DNA of 64,000 nt. Source: Hellea sp. Its GTDB lineage: Bacteria; Pseudomonadota; Alphaproteobacteria; Caulobacterales; Maricaulaceae. The translations under genes were made by a program, and so were the position numbers. The DNA lies in the NCBI GenBank assembly GCA_020627655.1, contig JAHDGM010000005.1, positions 2,977 through 66,976 of the forward strand. Direction: 5' to 3'. The notes below the pieces were generated by a model. That model was not told the DNA's origin, did not search any database, and saw nothing but the letters and a program-made list of their open reading frames with translations. Numbering within the stretch: the stretch's first letter is position 1; each line of letters opens with the position of its first letter. This document shows, in pieces, positions 29,488-39,340 of the stretch.

Positions 29488-32400
29488 CTATTCAGCGGCA
29501 ACCAGGCGCGCCGCTGATTCCAATTCCATGGAAACCAGTTGCGAGACCCCTTGTTCAGCCATAGTAACCCCGAATAGTCGGTTCATACGGCTCATTGTGA
29601 CGGCATTATGCGTGATGGCGATGAATTTCGTGTTTGTTTGCTTTGTCATTTCATCAAGTAAGTTACAATAACGGGCGACGTTCGCATCATCCAGAGGTGC
29701 ATCGACCTCATCCAAGACACAAATTGGGGCTGGATTGGAGAGAAAAACCGCGAAAATAAGAGCTGTCGCTGTAAGAGCTTGCTCACCGCCAGACATTAAG
29801 GACATTGAACCTAATTTCTTGCCTGGCGGGCTTACCATGATTTCCAGGCCGGCTTCCAGGGGATCTTCCGACTCCGTAAGCGCCAAAGAGGCTTCTCCGC
29901 CGCCAAAGAGCGTTGTGAACAAGCGAGAGAAGTGACCATTGACGGTATCAAATGCTTTGAGCAGTCTCTCGCGGCCTTCCGAATTGAGCTCATCAATGCC
30001 TTCACGCAACCGTGCAATGGCCGCCATAAGGTCTGCACGCTCGTCATTCATGGCAACAAGGCGTTCTTCCTGCTCGTCGGCTTCGATATCAGCGCGTAGA
30101 TTGACGCCGCCCATTTTCTCGCGTTCGTTTTGCAGGCGCTCAAGTTTACGCTCGATATCAGATTCTGTCAGATTGCTTTCGGGGGACAGTTCGCCCAATT
30201 GATTTTTAAGGCCATCGGGCTCGCAGTTCAGTGTTTCGTCGATGCGGGCTTTGGTCTCATCAATGCGTTCGGATGCTGCTGTTGCTCGGGCCTCTGCTGC
30301 AGCGCGTTGTTCGCGGGCTGTCCCATGGGCCGCCTCTGCTTCGCGGGCTTCTTTCTCTGCATTGCGAAGATTTGTTTCTGCTTGTGCCAGATTATCAGCG
30401 GCGGAGTTCCGGCGAGTTTCGGCAGCTTCGAGTTCAGAGAACAACTTGTTACGCCGTGCTTCAAATTGATCTGGACCATCTGTTGCAGAGCTTAGAGCCA
30501 ATTGCGTGCCTTCGCGGCGACCGGTCAAGGTTTTAACGCGCTCGCTCGCGGTCTGGCCACGTTTTTCCCAGGCAGATTTTTCGCGAGTTACGGCTTCGAG
30601 GCGCGATTTTCGGGCGTCAGCTTCATTTTTCAAAGTCCGATAAGCGGCGCTGGCTTCGTCAGCTTCTAAGCGTGTGGTCGACAATTTTTCAAATAAATTA
30701 GCCTTTTTCTCTTCATCATTGCTATTATCTTTAAAGCCGGATTTGAATTCCAGGGCCGTGTCGCGTTGAGCTGTTACGTCCCGAATTTCGTGAGATAAAC
30801 GTTCTACCCGATCCTCGAGTGCATTTTTCTCAGCATTTTCTCGCGCGATGTCGGTTTCGTATTGCGCTAGAGCTGCTTGTGCTGCTCGCTGTTTGCGCTC
30901 TAGGTCAGGAAGAAGTTGACGCGCAGACCGGGCAGCATCTTCGGAGGCTCTGCGAGCTTCCCTTGCTTTTTCAAAAATATTTTGAGCGTCACTAACTTTT
31001 TGAATTAACTTGGTTATCTCACCTTCAATATCACTTAGCCGGTTTTGTTGCTCAAGACGAATAGCTGCCGGAGTTTCGGCTTCTGCGCGAACTTCAAATC
31101 CATCCCAGCGAATAAGATGGCCTGATTTAGTGACAAGGCGTTGGCCAGTTTTAAGTTCTGCCCTCAGGCGGGTGATATCCGCGTCAGATACAACCCCAAT
31201 TTGCGAGAGCCTTGCGGCCAGTTCTTTTGGGGCTTTGACGTAATCGGATAGTGGTTTGGCGCCGCCCGGCAAAGCCGCCGTGGGTGCATCGGCACCGTTC
31301 CATCGATAAGATGCGTCTCCGCCAATAGGAGCTTGAACGTCTTCACCTAGCGCAGCTGCGATGGTTTTTTCATACCCTTTTTGCACATCCAGTTTTTCAA
31401 GGGCCGGTGTCCAGTCTTGTTCGGAAGACCGCCGCAGGATTTTTTCAAGGGCTGATTTTTCAGCTTCCAGGCGGCCTAGAGCGCTTTTGACTTCGGACAA
31501 GGCTTCGCGCGCCGCTTGATCTTTTTCTTCAGCAGCGCTTCGTTGTTCCTGAAGAGCCTGTTCTTCATTTCGAGCTTTGACAAGTATCTCTTCAGCTTCA
31601 TTCGCGCTGGCTGCAAAGAGATTGCCACTTTGACCTTTGGCTTCGGAAGTCAGAATTTTAAGTTTTTCTTCGGCGCCTGCTTTTTCTGCTGTCAGGCGTT
31701 CTAAGCGTTGTTCAGCTTGTGACAATTCACGCTCAGCCAGTTCCCGGCGAGCGTTCAGGTCGGCCATTTGCCGGGTAAGTTCGTTATACTCAGTTTCAAG
31801 GCTGCTTCTCTTTTGGATAGCGCGCTCTGCATCATCGGCAGCGGCGTCCAGGGCTGCACTTGTATCAGCCATTGAGGACAAATGCTCATGTTCAGCGGAT
31901 AGTCGTGCCGTGGCCGTTTCCGCATCGGAGACAATCCCTTCTTCCCGGGAAATATCAGTGGCTAACTGCTCTAATTGTTGCTCGAGTTTTCGAATTTCTG
32001 ATTTGGCAGAGTGCTCATCTTGTTCCAGCGTTTCCTTTGCAGCATTGAGACGGGCCATAACAGCTGCTGCGATGATTTGTTCTTCACGTTTGGGTTCGAG
32101 ATGTTCCGCTAGTTCAGCCGCTTTGCGGGTTAATTCAGAGGCTTTTGCTGCTGTATCTGCGACTTGAGTTTCACAAACTTTCAGGGCGTCCTGAGACCCT
32201 GCCAGAGTTTCAAGCGCGTGTTCCCAGCGTTTTAGCCAAAGCAAAGATTTATATTCATGTATTTCGCCGGCCAGTCTTTTGTAACGGGCGGCCTGACGGG
32301 ATTGACGGCGTAGGGATAAAAGCTGACTTTCAATCTGGCGAATGACGTCATCAAGTCTGTCCAGATTGTTTTCAGCGGCGCGCAAGCGCAGTTCAGCCTC

Positions 32401-32973
32401 GTGGCGGCGAGTATGAAGCCCTGATATACCAGCAGCTTCTTCCAGGATGCGTCGGCGGTTAGAGGGTTTTGCCGCAATCAATTCGCTAATTTGACCCTGA
32501 CGAACCAAAGCCGGAGAGTTTGCACCAGTACTGGCATCAGCGAATAACAGCTGAATGTCTTTGGCCCGAACGGTCTTGTTATTGACCTTATATTTACTGC
32601 CTTGCCCGGAGGTGATAATCCTTGTGATTTCCAGGACATCGTCATCATTAAACATAGGCGGCGCTACGCGCGCGCTATTATCAACGGTTAGTGTCACATG
32701 GGCCTGATTGCGGCCGGGACGTGCTTTTGTACCGGAGAATATGACATCATCCATGCCTTTGGCGCGCATGGCTTTTGCCGAATTTGCCCCCATAACCCAG
32801 CGAATAGCTTCCAGAAGGTTGGATTTGCCGCAACCATTGGGCCCAACAATACCCGTGAGTCCGGGCTCAATCAGAAAGTCAGTTGGATCCACAAAGGATT
32901 TAAACCCAACCAGTTTAATCTGATTAAAGGCAAGTGCCTTATTATTGCTGGGGCTGGTCTGCGTCATTTTCAC
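29488..32973 (-). CDS. smc: chromosome segregation protein SMC
   Basis: Walker A GPNGCGKSNLLEAIRWVMG, long coiled coils, signature LMSGGEQALTA, and Walker B PICVLDEVDAPLDD. Confidence 0.95.
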   Translation of the reverse strand: MKMTQTSPSNNKALAFNQIKLVGFKSFVDPTDFLIEPGLTGIVGPNGCGKSNLLEAIRWVMGANSAKAMRAKGMDDVIFSGTKARPGRNQAHVTLTVDNSARVAPPMFNDDDVLEITRIITSGQGSKYKVNNKTVRAKDIQLLFADASTGANSPALVRQGQISELIAAKPSNRRRILEEAAGISGLHTRRHEAELRLRAAENNLDRLDDVIRQIESQLLSLRRQSRQAARYKRLAGEIHEYKSLLWLKRWEHALETLAGSQDALKVCETQVADTAAKASELTRKAAELAEHLEPKREEQIIAAAVMARLNAAKETLEQDEHSAKSEIRKLEQQLEQLATDISREEGIVSDAETATARLSAEHEHLSSMADTSAALDAAADDAERAIQKRSSLETEYNELTRQMADLNARRELAERELSQAEQRLERLTAEKAGAEEKLKILTSEAKGQSGNLFAASANEAEEILVKARNEEQALQEQRSAAEEKDQAAREALSEVKSALGRLEAEKSALEKILRRSSEQDWTPALEKLDVQKGYEKTIAAALGEDVQAPIGGDASYRWNGADAPTAALPGGAKPLSDYVKAPKELAARLSQIGVVSDADITRLRAELKTGQRLVTKSGHLIRWDGFEVRAEAETPAAIRLEQQNRLSDIEGEITKLIQKVSDAQNIFEKAREARRASEDAARSARQLLPDLERKQRAAQAALAQYETDIARENAEKNALEDRVERLSHEIRDVTAQRDTALEFKSGFKDNSNDEEKKANLFEKLSTTRLEADEASAAYRTLKNEADARKSRLEAVTREKSAWEKRGQTASERVKTLTGRREGTQLALSSATDGPDQFEARRNKLFSELEAAETRRNSAADNLAQAETNLRNAEKEAREAEAAHGTAREQRAAAEARATAASERIDETKARIDETLNCEPDGLKNQLGELSPESNLTESDIERKLERLQNEREKMGGVNLRADIEADEQEERLVAMNDERADLMAAIARLREGIDELNSEGRERLLKAFDTVNGHFSRLFTTLFGGGEASLALTESEDPLEAGLEIMVSPPGKKLGSMSLMSGGEQALTATALIFAVFLSNPAPICVLDEVDAPLDDANVARYCNLLDEMTKQTNTKFIAITHNAVTMSRMNRLFGVTMAEQGVSQLVSMELESAARLVAAE

Positions 32974-33649
32974 TTTCTACGGGGGCAAGACCACCGTTTA
33001 GAAGGGGCTGAATAACCTCGTCAAAATCTTCAATCTTAAAGACTTTGGACTGTGTGCCATTGATAAAGAACGTAGGTGTAACACTCACACCAAGGTCTAC
33101 GCCGCCTTGAACAATAGCGTCATAGCGGGCTTTCCAATCCGGATCAGAAAGGCAAGCCTCATATTTTTCAATGCTGAGGCCTGAGGCTTTGGCAAGATCT
33201 TCATAAGCCTGCCTGCGATCGGGTGCCGATAGCAGGGCGCGTTGCCGTTTAAACTGTACGCCGATATTTGAGAGGAACTTCTCTTCACCGGCACAGTTGG
33301 CGATCGTAAAGCCCGCAAATGCTAAGCGTTCAGGCGCAGTCGGGAACTCACGAAAAATGTAGCGAACCTTCCCGGTTTCAACATATTTTTTCTTGAACTC
33401 TGGATAAACATTATTGTGCCAATTAGCGCAGGCCCCGCAAACAACAGAGGCATATTCGATGACTGTGATCGGTGCATCGGGTTTACCTGCCGCATGATCG
33501 CCAGCAACTTCATATTTGGAAACGGGCACCGGGCCTGAGACGGTACTGACAGGCGTAGATGTTGATTCTTTATCACCGCAGGCGCTCAAAAGTGCTCCGG
33601 CTACAAGGCCTAAGGTCCAGGTTCGTATGTGCGAATCGGTTTTTAACAT
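32942..33649 (-). CDS. DsbA-family thiol:disulfide oxidoreductase lipoprotein (CGAC active site)
   Basis: Lipobox GALLSAC and thioredoxin-fold YASVVCGACANWH. Start re-picked at ATG 33649 (GGGAGA SD). Confidence 0.8.
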   Translation of the reverse strand: MLKTDSHIRTWTLGLVAGALLSACGDKESTSTPVSTVSGPVPVSKYEVAGDHAAGKPDAPITVIEYASVVCGACANWHNNVYPEFKKKYVETGKVRYIFREFPTAPERLAFAGFTIANCAGEEKFLSNIGVQFKRQRALLSAPDRRQAYEDLAKASGLSIEKYEACLSDPDWKARYDAIVQGGVDLGVSVTPTFFINGTQSKVFKIEDFDEVIQPLLNGGLAPVESENDADQPQQ

Positions 33650-33767
33650 AAGTGAGTCTCCCAATTTCAACCGCAAAGGCAAGAATTGCATAAAGGTTTT
33701 GTTAATTTATTAACGGATTCCTAATCCCGGATACTGAAAAACTTGGGATTAATGGCTCTTGAAGGCT

Positions 33768-34595
33768 TTATTCGCCGCCAGACGTCATGAATTTCACTAA
33801 ATTATCAGTGCTAGTGTCTCTATCTGAAAATAACTCACCATTGATCACGAAGGCAGGAACGCCGCTTGGTCCTGTAGCTTCCAGGCGCATGCTGGACGTG
33901 TTTAGGCGTTCAATATGTGACTGTTCGTCAAAACAGGCTTTCAGCTTGGCTTCTGTGTCTAGCCCGGCGCGAGCCGCCAGATCATCATAAACTTCCTTGC
34001 CTTGCCCCGCCTGCAGTTTTTCAAAGATCTGTTTTTGCTGCTGCATCTGATACACAATGTGATCCATATACTGATCCTTAGGTGCGCAATCTGCTATGAC
34101 AAAGCCGTAAGCTGCTATTTGTTGTGGCGGCGTTGCAATCTCGCGAAACACCACAAGGGTATTTCCGGTGTCGACTTGCTGAGCTTTAAATTTGGGCCAG
34201 TCATTGGTAAACCAGTCCGAACAATGGGGGCAGGTGACAGAGGCATAAATGATCACGGTGTTAGGAGCATCCAAATTACCATAAAAATGATCATCGGGCG
34301 CTCGGTCTAAAACATGGGTGACATTGGATAAGTCCCGAGGTTCACCTGCTGGCGCGCCATGATTGTGGCCATCATGTTCATTGTGAGCCTGCTCGATAGG
34401 TGTGCTCTGAGCTGCGCTTTGCTGGTCATTGGCGTTTGTCGCAACAGGCGTGGCTTCAACAGGCTGCGCCGATAGAGTTTTCGGGGTTTGTGGGTCAGCC
34501 GTTTTTGCACCTTCCTGAGCGCAGGCAGCTGTGCTGAGTGCGAGGATAATTGCAGATGATGTCGTTATCAGAGTTCGTGATAATCTATGTGCCAT
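33768..34595 (-). CDS. DsbA-family thiol:disulfide oxidoreductase lipoprotein (CPHC active site) with His-rich linker
   Basis: Lipobox LSTAAC, YASVTCPHCSDW, and the AHNEHDGHNH stretch encoded at 34359..34385. Confidence 0.8.
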   Translation of the reverse strand: MAHRLSRTLITTSSAIILALSTAACAQEGAKTADPQTPKTLSAQPVEATPVATNANDQQSAAQSTPIEQAHNEHDGHNHGAPAGEPRDLSNVTHVLDRAPDDHFYGNLDAPNTVIIYASVTCPHCSDWFTNDWPKFKAQQVDTGNTLVVFREIATPPQQIAAYGFVIADCAPKDQYMDHIVYQMQQQKQIFEKLQAGQGKEVYDDLAARAGLDTEAKLKACFDEQSHIERLNTSSMRLEATGPSGVPAFVINGELFSDRDTSTDNLVKFMTSGGE

Positions 34596-34606
34596 GTCTA
34601 GTCCTT

Positions 34607-35155
34607 TTAAGGGTCTTTGCGGCTATAAGCCTGTCGTCCCAGTTTTTCCAGTGCCTGTTTCAGTTCCGGATCGTTGATTTTGTCCAAAGATTTTTCCAAT
34701 TGTTCGGTTTGGCCGACGGTCAGATCCTGTTTGCGTTTTTGTTGACTGCCTGAGAGCTGACTGTCTTTGAGACTGGATTGCACTACTTTAATATGGCGTA
34801 CATAACCCGGGCCCAGAAAGCCGTTGGCACGGTCAATAATCGTTTGTCCGGCAGCAGTGATCAATGCTGCGGCTGGCCCCGGAGCCGATATCAAAAGCGT
34901 CCGGCCTTCTCGCCCGCCTAAAAACCTCTCAGGTCTTGAAATACGGGCAAAGCGAGCGCCAACAATCTCAGGCCAGTTATCAACTAGGCCGGAACGGCCT
35001 GCGCCGAACTTTGCGGATAATGGCCGCATGATTTTTGAGATCGCCCGTTCAGCTTTGGGGGCTGCGCGATAAGCACGCCGACCCCGTTGCTCACCCAGCC
35101 ATCGATTAATGGCGGCGGCGTCTTTTCGGTCTTTATGCGGTTTATCCGATTGCAT
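34607..35155 (-). CDS. DUF721-domain protein
   Basis: 182 aa. Sequence and position (divergent from mutY, next to dsbA-like genes) match the DUF721 proteins conserved in alphaproteobacteria. The family call is from memory. Confidence 0.6.
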   Translation of the reverse strand: MQSDKPHKDRKDAAAINRWLGEQRGRRAYRAAPKAERAISKIMRPLSAKFGAGRSGLVDNWPEIVGARFARISRPERFLGGREGRTLLISAPGPAAALITAAGQTIIDRANGFLGPGYVRHIKVVQSSLKDSQLSGSQQKRKQDLTVGQTEQLEKSLDKINDPELKQALEKLGRQAYSRKDP

Positions 35156-35201
35156 GGGATGATAAATGCCTTAAGCCGGGAAGCGGGTAAAGGTATGTCT
35201 T

Positions 35202-36260
35202 ATGAATATTGAGTCACATATCCGCAAGTTACGACAGGATTTACTATCCTGGTATGATGCGCAGGGCCGGGTTTTACCATGGCGCATACGACCTGAAGAC
35301 CGAGCAAGTGGCTTTAAGGCCGATCCTTATGCGGTCTGGTTGTCTGAAATCATGTTGCAGCAAACTACAGTGGCCCATGGTGCCCCTTATTGGGAAAAGT
35401 TCCTCATGCGGTGGCCAAGTGTCATTGACTTAGCAAATGCTGATAGAGATGAGGTTTTGGCTATGTGGGCGGGGCTTGGCTATTATGCCAGGGCGCGAAA
35501 TCTGTATAAATGTGCTCAGCTTATCCGGGATGAGTATAGTGGAAATTTCCCGAGCACTGAAAAAGAGCTGCTGACATTGCCGGGTATAGGGCCCTATACG
35601 GCAGCAACAATGGCTGCCATTTGTTTTGGTCAAGCAACAAACATTGTGGACAGTAATGTAGAACGGGTGATTGCCCGGATTTATGCGGAAAGTGCGCCGC
35701 TGCCAAAGTCCAAAACCTTATTGAAAAAACTCGCTGCACCGATTGCAGATCCGGATAGGCCGGGTGATTATGGACAGGCTTTGATGGATTTAGGGGCAGT
35801 GGTCTGCACGCCGAAATCTCCGGATTGCAATGCATGCCCGTGGAGTTTTGCGTGTAAGGCGCGAATGTATGGCAATCCAGAGGATTATCCGCAAAAAATC
35901 AAAAAGGTCAGACCTGTAAAATATGGGGCTGCTTTTGCGCTATTTAGTGGGGGCAAAATTTTATTACGTCAACGACCCGATAAAGGGCTTTTGGGCGGTA
36001 TGCTAGAGCTGCCGGGTACGCCGTGGGCGGATAATATGCCGGACGATCCTTGTAAGACTGCGCCTTCTACGAAAAATTGGGAAAAATGCGAAGGCCGAGT
36101 AAAGCATGTTTTCACCCATTTCGAACTATATCTGGATGTGTACAGGGCTGAAACAAGGACGCAAAAACCGGAAGGTATATGGGCGGAGCATAACAATCTT
36201 GGGAATTTTGCAGTTCCGACTTTAACTAAAAAAGCAATTGCGTTAGCTTTAAACTCATAA
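35202..36260 (+). CDS. mutY: A/G-specific adenine glycosylase
   Basis: HhH LPGIGPYTAATMAAICFG, a 4Fe-4S Cys cluster CTPKSPDCNACPWSFAC, and a NUDIX-like C-terminus. Confidence 0.92.
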   Translation: MNIESHIRKLRQDLLSWYDAQGRVLPWRIRPEDRASGFKADPYAVWLSEIMLQQTTVAHGAPYWEKFLMRWPSVIDLANADRDEVLAMWAGLGYYARARNLYKCAQLIRDEYSGNFPSTEKELLTLPGIGPYTAATMAAICFGQATNIVDSNVERVIARIYAESAPLPKSKTLLKKLAAPIADPDRPGDYGQALMDLGAVVCTPKSPDCNACPWSFACKARMYGNPEDYPQKIKKVRPVKYGAAFALFSGGKILLRQRPDKGLLGGMLELPGTPWADNMPDDPCKTAPSTKNWEKCEGRVKHVFTHFELYLDVYRAETRTQKPEGIWAEHNNLGNFAVPTLTKKAIALALNS

Positions 36261-36273
36261 CGGAGGAAACATC

Positions 36274-36681
36274 ATGCCAAAACTTACCGGAAACTGTCTT
36301 TGCGGAAATGTCAGCTTTAAAGCCGACGGAGATATAATGATGCAAGGCAATTGCCACTGTTTGGATTGCCAACAAGTGACGGGCGCCGCCTATGCCACGC
36401 TGGTTTTTATGAGTGAAAATGATGTGAAGATTACCGGCGAAACCAAAAAGTTTGAACATAAAGTGGATAGCGGCAATAGCCTCACAAAGGATTTCTGCCC
36501 AAATTGCGGATCTCAAATGTTTGGCGCCAATCTTGGACGACCTGGATCAATTGCCCTTCGGGCTGGCAGCATCAACGAAAAAGCCGAAATAAAGCCTCAA
36601 TTTAATGTCTATGCCAGTCGTAAGCTCGACTGCGTTATTCTTGATAATAACATTCCGGCTTTTGATAAAATGCCGGGGTAG
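36274..36681 (+). CDS. GFA-family (CENP-V/glutathione-dependent formaldehyde-activating-like) protein
   Basis: Cys pattern CLCGNV..CHCLDCQ..CPNCGS. Confidence 0.8.
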   Translation: MPKLTGNCLCGNVSFKADGDIMMQGNCHCLDCQQVTGAAYATLVFMSENDVKITGETKKFEHKVDSGNSLTKDFCPNCGSQMFGANLGRPGSIALRAGSINEKAEIKPQFNVYASRKLDCVILDNNIPAFDKMPG

Positions 36682-36683
36682 AT

Positions 36684-37781
<1,098 letters not shown>

Positions 37782-37804
37782 TTAGCGTTCGGCCTTGTTC
37801 ATGC

Positions 37805-37827
37805 GAATCAAGGCGGGGGTTCGAATC
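37805..37827 (-). promoter_or_regulatory. two GANTC (GAATC) methylation sites in the ccrM leader/promoter
   Basis: GAATC at 37805..37809 and 37823..37827, which is 36-58 nt upstream of the ccrM ATG. Confidence 0.6.
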
Positions 37828-37891
37828 AGTTGATGGTTTTGGTGGGCTGCTTCGCTTACCAAAGTGTTAAGGCATTGATTAATAAGGGTTT

Positions 37892-37906
37892 TTAACCATT
37901 TGTTAG
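37892..37906. promoter_or_regulatory. CtrA-box-like element (TTAACCAT 8-mer; TTAA-N7-TTAG) upstream of ccrM
   Basis: TTAACCATTTGTTAG. It holds an exact TTAACCAT 8-mer and a near-consensus 9-mer-type half-site spacing, about 125 nt upstream of the ccrM start. Confidence 0.45.
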
Positions 37907-38017
37907 GGATGGTTAATATCCACAGCTGTTGATAAAACTTAAACGTGAAACCTCTTGGTAATTAATCAACGAAATGACGGGCTTGCCGGGCCTTGGATAT
38001 CGTGCCAAACCGCCAGC

Positions 38018-38908
38018 ATGTTTACTTGGGACGAATTTAAAAACACATTGCATGTGGAGCAGCTGGACACCTATTTGTTCAAAGCGGATTCTCTACAATT
38101 CCGGCTTAAACGCGTATTTGGCGGGCAGGTTTTAGCTCAGTGTCTTAACGCGGCTTACAGATCTGTCGATGAGGATAAGGTTCCACACAGCCTGCATGGT
38201 TATTTCCTGCGTCCCGGCGATATGAAACGCCCGATCATTTATGAAGTTGATCCAATTCGAAATGGTCGAAGCTTCTCGACCCGGCGAGTTGTCGCCCGGC
38301 AAAACGGGGAAGCCATCTTTAACTGTTCAGTTTCGTTTCAGAAGGTTGAAGATGGGCCATCTCATCAATTTGATATGCCCGATAATATTCCGGGCCCTAA
38401 AGAATTGAAATCTGATGCTGTGCATCTTGAAGAGCTGGCAAGCACTCTTGAACCAGATCAGGCGGATAAGCTGCGTAATTACTATCTGATTTTTTCAAAG
38501 GATTTGATTGATATGCGCTCGCCGTTTTTAGGGGATATGTTGAATCCTAAATCGGCACCGCCTAAACATGGGTTTTGGTTTAAAGTTACGCCTGACGTAG
38601 GCGATGATCCGGTCATGCATATGACCCTATTGGCGTTTATTTCTGATAAGGCGCTGATGAGTACTGGCATCCGGCCCCATCGCAGTGAGATGGCTGGTAA
38701 AACCATGATGGGGGCGAGCCTTGATCACGCTATGTGGTTCCACGGCAATATCAACGTAAATGACTGGAATTATTATTACCTGGATAGTCCCCGTTCAGGC
38801 CGGGCACGGTCATTTAACCGGGGGTCGTTTTATTCCGAAAGTGGACGTTTGATCGCCTCAACAGCGCAGGAAGGCCTGTTCCGATTTTACGATAAAAAAG
38901 ACCGCTAG
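38018..38908 (+). CDS. tesB: acyl-CoA thioesterase II
   Basis: Double hot-dog TesB-like sequence (VFGGQVLAQCL.., RNGRSFSTRRV.., ASLDHAMWFH). Start re-picked at MFTWDEF (ATG 38018). Confidence 0.85.
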   Translation: MFTWDEFKNTLHVEQLDTYLFKADSLQFRLKRVFGGQVLAQCLNAAYRSVDEDKVPHSLHGYFLRPGDMKRPIIYEVDPIRNGRSFSTRRVVARQNGEAIFNCSVSFQKVEDGPSHQFDMPDNIPGPKELKSDAVHLEELASTLEPDQADKLRNYYLIFSKDLIDMRSPFLGDMLNPKSAPPKHGFWFKVTPDVGDDPVMHMTLLAFISDKALMSTGIRPHRSEMAGKTMMGASLDHAMWFHGNINVNDWNYYYLDSPRSGRARSFNRGSFYSESGRLIASTAQEGLFRFYDKKDR

Positions 38909-39330
38909 GCTGGCGGTTTAAGCTTTTTGATGGTGCCTGAAAAGTTCAGTGCCGGATCTCCGTCTGCAGTGATTATGCCTCTTATGAAAATAATAGATTT
39001 TCCGGCCCGTAAAACTTCGCCCTTGGCTTCGATCAACTGGCCTGCTTTGGGCGCGGAAAGAAACTCGCTCGTAAAAGCCACTGTTACGGCATAATAGTCA
39101 ATGTAATCAGCTGCGATGGCGAAGAGCGCAAAATCTCCAAAGGTCATCAGGCAGCCCCCATGCACTGTGCCGCCGCCATTTAAATGTTTTTGACTGGCGC
39201 GAAAGCGCGAAACATATTCATCGCCGATTTTTTTATAATAAAACGGGCCTGCGGTGCCAAATTCAAAGGCTTCTGACGGCCAGTAATACCAGTCTTTAAA
39301 TTCGCCTTTAGTTTCAAGTGTTGGTTTCAT
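38905..39330 (-). CDS. PaaI-family hot-dog thioesterase
   Basis: 141 aa with HLNGGGTVHGGCLMTFGD. Confidence 0.8.
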   Translation of the reverse strand: MKPTLETKGEFKDWYYWPSEAFEFGTAGPFYYKKIGDEYVSRFRASQKHLNGGGTVHGGCLMTFGDFALFAIAADYIDYYAVTVAFTSEFLSAPKAGQLIEAKGEVLRAGKSIIFIRGIITADGDPALNFSGTIKKLKPPA

Positions 39331-39340
39331 TAGGCGTGCC

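Noticed and set aside
29939-32167. Many long ORFs antisense to or out of frame within smc (e.g. 31637..32167 of 176 aa; 30130..30495; 29939..30202).
   Set aside because: Their products are low-complexity Ser/Ala/Arg/Cys-rich strings, typical of reading the Glu/Ala/Arg-rich coiled-coil gene in other frames. smc itself has all of its motifs intact.
37813-37830. GGGGGTTCGAATCAG resembles a tRNA T-arm (GGTTCGAATC), raising the possibility of a tRNA or a tRNA-derived att remnant upstream of ccrM.
   Set aside because: The 3' half (CAGTT) does not pair with the 5' GGGGG, and there is no acceptor stem, anticodon arm or CCA context. The GAATC is better explained as one of two GANTC sites.
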